A stretch of 63,437 nucleotides of DNA, filler included, from Bigelowiella natans CCMP2755 (taxonomy: Eukaryota > Protista > Cercozoa): assembly GCA_000320545.1 (NCBI GenBank). It is 5 parts of 5 records of this genome, joined end to end, with 100 filler letters (N's around TTAATTAATTAA, not from the genome) between each part and the next. Parts side by side here need not be neighbours in the genome. Positions count along the whole stretch, not along the records: positions 52,179 to 63,437 come from ADNK01000568.1; 4 more parts are not named here. The stretch is one strand, 5' to 3'. The notes beneath the pieces are model-generated. The model made no database searches. It was not told where the DNA came from and worked only from the letters and a program-made list of their open reading frames with translations. How positions within the stretch are numbered: the stretch's first letter is position 1; the number at the start of each line of letters is the position of its first letter. Both the position numbers and the translations under genes were made by a program. Of this stretch, positions 59,707 to 63,437 are shown piece after piece.

Positions 59707-60650
59707 ATGCCGACCACCCAAACCAGCACCATGCTGCTAAACATATCTCTCGTTCTTAATGCCCTTCTCCTTGTGGCATTCGTCGCCACAGCTTTCTCTG
59801 GATCGGACCAGCAACAAGGTATGCAGTGAATATTCCAATTTTATGCGAAACAGGCTTTTGTTTTTTAGAGGGGTATGGTTAAAAAATGGCTATTTGGTCC
59901 CCCTTACACAAGCTCCATTTTGTCATTTTCAGGACTAGGACTCGGTATGGTCCGTTCGACTCCTTCCGTTAGCTCTGTCGCTTTCGGTCGTCCGGCTTTC
60001 TCCCCGGTATAAGTACCTCAAAGATGTTTTGCAGTATGAGATGTCTCATATTTTATTTTGATGCATGCAGATTTCGCGAGGCATGTCGGTCCAAGCTAAG
60101 AAGAAGGGCGACAGATTGATGGTAACCCTAGAGTGCACAGAATCAAGGGAACAAGGCAAAATTGCCTCCAGATACACAACGACTAAGGTCTGAATGTATT
60201 TCTATGAATAACCACTCGCAACTGATATATGTTCCAGACACATTTAACGCATGTACGCACATTAATGAACACGAAAACATATAAACGTATTAATCATATC
60301 TACATTTAGTGTAGCTGTTATTTATTGATGTGCGGGTTCACGCGCACTAGCTCCCTCTCTGCATCTGACCTCTTTCTAATCCCCTCACAACTCGTAAATG
60401 TTCTCGCTCTTCTTTTAAAGACAGATGACTATTATTACTTAGAAGTAAATAGACAAACTTTTCAAACATGTTGATTGTAACACATGTATGAGCTCTGTTT
60501 GGATGTGGTGAAAAACATAAAAGCGTTCCAAATTGATTTTTTTCCAACCAAAATCAGAACCGGAAAAATACCCCGGAGCGAATCGAGATGATGAAGTACA
60601 ACAAATTCCTTCGTCGTCACACTCTTCACAGGGAAATCAAGAAAAAATGA
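59707..60650 (+). CDS. rpl33: Nucleus-encoded plastid ribosomal protein L33 with bipartite targeting presequence; exons 59707-59818, 59933-60006, 60071-60187, 60558-60650
   Basis: Signal [21 protein letters not shown]; Ser/Arg-rich transit peptide; mature [16 protein letters not shown]...[37 protein letters not shown]. All splice phases are compatible. Confidence 0.95.
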
Positions 60651-61592
60651 GTTATGTGATTGTTTCTAAATTCATCGAAGGTAGCTCTTGTAGTTCAAGG
60701 CTTTAAGAGTCGATGATGAACAATGTACAACGCTCATAGTGAGACATTAATCAGGAATCCTAAAATCATTTTTGTGCTTAGCCATCCACGGGTGTGCGCC
60801 ATTTGCCTATGTCGCTACGTGGCAAATATTTTTGATGTAACAGCTCTAGAGCCCCTTAATGCCTCGCATGTGAGTGCTGCGCACAGATGCCTTATTTGAC
60901 CCTTTCTCAGTCTTTCTAGCTTTGTCCGATGTGCACAAACCTGGAATCACAACATGACGTAGTTGCAACATGGCGCTCGATCATGCACGTGCGAACAGCA
61001 AACAGCTGGCTGCTTGTCATCAACACGATGCGTTCGCTTGATCGCAAGTAGGTTTGTGTTGTCGTGTCATGCAACACACCTAGCTAGCTAGCTCCAGATG
61101 ATAGTAGCTAGACGCATGGCACTAGCTAGCTAGCTGTGCTGCTGTGACGTGCAAGCAGGGGTGCAGTTCACCACGAATGAGCGTTTCGCGCTGGCATACC
61201 ATGCAAGGAGCTCACAAGTGCGTGCATGGTGTTGCCGTGCTAGCGTGCACACACGTTGTGCACTGCTAGACTGCTTGCAGAACAGGCCAAATGAGCTGCT
61301 TCCCCCCAGCTAGCCAGTCTGGCAGTCTAGCAGTCGATCGAAGCGCACTACACTTGTTCTGTTTTGCTGCTGAGAAGGAAATTCCCTGAGCACTTCGTGC
61401 TGCGCCTGGCGCTCAGAGAGGGAGTCATCAAGTTTCAGTCACGGAGCTGCAAAAAAAGGCTCGGGCGTGATTGTGGCACTGACCTAGCTGCACGGTCTAG
61501 CGGTGCGGAACCGCCCGGTGACTTTGAGTGTTTCGAAAATCACGCCAACAACGGAGCCATTCCAGCATTGCACGGTCGATGGAACTGATGCA

Positions 61593-61919
61593 TGTAGCGC
61601 GTACCACTACGCGGGCACAAAGTCACGTGCGACAACAAAGGGGTTGTCGCGGATATAGAATATAGATAACGTAGATATTAATACAGCATAGGCACGTGGG
61701 TTCCGGCGGGACTCATGGCAGCACACCGGAAGTGTGCTGCCCCACGTGCGGCGGCATTCGCGAAAGCTTCGCGAATGATTACGCAGTGCACGATTTAATA
61801 AAAATATAATCTTTAATAAAAATAAACACAACTCTTCAAAAGGAAGCAAACGTGCCTTTCCCCCCCCCTGCCTACTTGTGCACGTAGCGCCTCGGCCTGT
61901 GAACACCTTACGCGCAACA
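61593..61919 (+). repeat. 5' LTR, 327 bp
   Basis: TGTAGC...GCAACA; inverted copy of 42035-42360. Confidence 0.96.
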
Positions 61920-61924
61920 ACCTT

Positions 61925-61942
61925 TGGCTTCCACACACGGGA
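61925..61942 (+). promoter_or_regulatory. Putative tRNA primer-binding site TGGCTTCCACACACGGGA
   Basis: Starts with TGG (complement of tRNA CCA) 5 nt after the LTR. The cognate tRNA was not identified. Confidence 0.7.
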
Positions 61943-61958
61943 AACGATTTGACTAACA

Positions 61959-63437
61959 ATGTCACAGCAGCTAGAAGAACAGCAGGACTTTGGCTCGCAG
62001 GCCGTGCAAGGGCACGAGCAGAAACAGGAAAGGAAGGGCGATACGGACGCTAAGGAAGGAGGAGGAACACCTCCACAGGCACCGCCGGGACCAGCACCCG
62101 GGATTAAGAAAGCAGATGCAGCAGCAGAGGCACTGGAGAACTTCTACGAGGCGGACGACGAGGACGTGGCCGCCGAAAGCAAGAAGGTCGTAATGGCATT
62201 ACGAGCCTTGCGACCCAGGGCGAGCAACTACGCCAAACTGAAAGTATCGATAGAATACAAGTATCAGACACATGATGTTTGGGCAGCTATCATGCAGGAC
62301 ATCATGGATTACGAAGCAGACTTACCTCCAGAGTGGGCAGCTTTGTTTAGGAACGACGGGGGTCTGGGCGCCTCGCGGGGGACGACCCAGAGCACCGTCA
62401 AGCAGCAGCAGCCGGTACAGCGGAACACCCAGTTCATGTCTGTTAAAACAGCACCGGTTATGATAACGAAATACAACGGGAAAAGAGGTGAGGCAAGGAG
62501 GTGGTGGAAGAACGCTAGGAGTATACTCTGCGACTTTACCCCTAACCCCACCGAAAACGACAAGCTCAAATGGCTAGCTATAATAAAGCAAGCCATGGAC
62601 CTTTACGAGACAGGCAGGACCCGGATCAGGCAGCTAGAGAAAATACACACTACAGTTAGTGGGCTACGAGACGTTGAGGCGATAATGAAGGCTTTTGTAA
62701 ATGAACAGGATGCTAACTCCCTACCCCAGGCTATTAGAAAATACAGAGCAATGATGCAGCATGAGAGAGAACCTGTTAGAGACTTTGCCACGCGCTTCCA
62801 GGATATGATCGACGAACTACATGATTTTAATTACAACACAGGTGATGATCAGGCAAGGTTTGAAGAGTTCAAGTTAAAGATAAAGGAATCCACTTACGTT
62901 ACGGAGAAAGGCTACACCACGATGGAGGCAGCAGTGCAGGCTATATCCCTACGCGAGCAGGAGCAGGACCGCAAGTTTACCAGCCCTAAGGTACCTGGCA
63001 TAGGAAACATTAACGCTATTAAGCCGCAGCGAGACTGGTACAAGGACAGGGAAGGTAACCGACGTTGCGGATACTGCTCACGTAAAGGGAAACACACCGC
63101 TAAAGACTGCAGAGACAGGAAAGAAGGACGACCCAGGATGACGATCAGGCAGCTCAACGAACACTACGAGAAGTTAAAGAGAAAGAAAGGCAGAGGACAA
63201 GGATATAACAACAGCAAATGGCAAGGCAGCAACAACGGGAAGAACAATAAATATAAGAACAAAAAGCAGAACAGTATCAATGCTATACAGCAGCAGATAA
63301 ACGGAATATTAGATCACCTTAAGCAGGCGCCGACGAAGACAGCAGTACCAGCAACGCAGGACCAAGACAAGCCCATGACCCTAGACGACATAAAGAACTT
63401 AGGAGTATGCAACATTAATGACGAAGACGCTAACAGG
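61959..63437 (+). CDS. gag: Gag (or Gag-Pol N-terminus) with zinc knuckle; no stop seen before the window end
   Basis: ATG at 61959 (MSQQLEEQQ...). Capsid-like KYNGKRGEARRWW and MQHEREPVRDFATRF. In-frame CGYCSRKGKHTAKDC at ~63066. Confidence 0.9.
   Translation, partial: MSQQLEEQQDFGSQAVQGHEQKQERKGDTDAKEGGGTPPQAPPGPAPGIKKADAAAEALENFYEADDEDVAAESKKVVMALRALRPRASNYAKLKVSIEYKYQTHDVWAAIMQDIMDYEADLPPEWAALFRNDGGLGASRGTTQSTVKQQQPVQRNTQFMSVKTAPVMITKYNGKRGEARRWWKNARSILCDFTPNPTENDKLKWLAIIKQAMDLYETGRTRIRQLEKIHTTVSGLRDVEAIMKAFVNEQDANSLPQAIRKYRAMMQHEREPVRDFATRFQDMIDELHDFNYNTGDDQARFEEFKLKIKESTYVTEKGYTTMEAAVQAISLREQEQDRKFTSPKVPGIGNINAIKPQRDWYKDREGNRRCGYCSRKGKHTAKDCRDRKEGRPRMTIRQLNEHYEKLKRKKGRGQGYNNSKWQGSNNGKNNKYKNKKQNSINAIQQQINGILDHLKQAPTKTAVPATQDQDKPMTLDDIKNLGVCNINDEDANR

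Larger units (their letters stand above)
61593..63437 (+). mobile_element. Ty3/gypsy LTR retrotransposon of the same family, 5' part (LTR, PBS, gag); runs off the window
   Basis: LTR nearly identical to 42035-42360, then a TGG-initiated PBS and an open gag frame. Confidence 0.95.

Noticed and set aside
42035-61919. One giant element with terminal inverted repeats, or a DIRS element
   Set aside because: The repeats are TG..CA LTRs with their own PPT and PBS, the integrase is DDE rather than a tyrosine recombinase, the flanks share no TSD, and ordinary host genes lie between them.

Overview
Intron-rich eukaryotic nuclear DNA with microsatellite-filled introns and four 100-nt assembly gaps padded with TTAATTAATTAA. 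A nucleus-encoded plastid rpl33 with a bipartite signal+transit presequence points to an alga with a secondary plastid, most likely a chlorarachniophyte (inference). Splicing exons by hand gives about 15 host genes: codanin-1-like, pectinacetylesterase/Notum, a GC3-rich orphan, an NCKX-type exchanger 3' end, an SGNH hydrolase ending in a CaaX box, a CUB-LRR multipass receptor, a secreted LamG-like protein, a SYLF/Ysc84 protein, a REJ-GPS-7TM adhesion-GPCR-like receptor, MsrA, a GH38 alpha-mannosidase 3' end, a UIM-RING-H2 ligase, an IFT57-like protein, a DHYC palmitoyltransferase and rpl33. There are also two partial copies of one young Ty3/gypsy LTR retrotransposon family. Best leads: (1) the gypsy Pol ends in a degenerate DIRS/Dam-like adenine-methyltransferase-like domain where a chromodomain would sit; (2) CATG/TGCA/CTAG-rich zones follow gene 3' ends but not divergent promoters; (3) a 183-bp LRR array with variation concentrated on the binding face, fused to a possibly channel-like membrane domain; (4) a palmitoyltransferase that has lost 6 of 8 zinc ligands. 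All family calls come from motif recognition by eye; no database searches were run.
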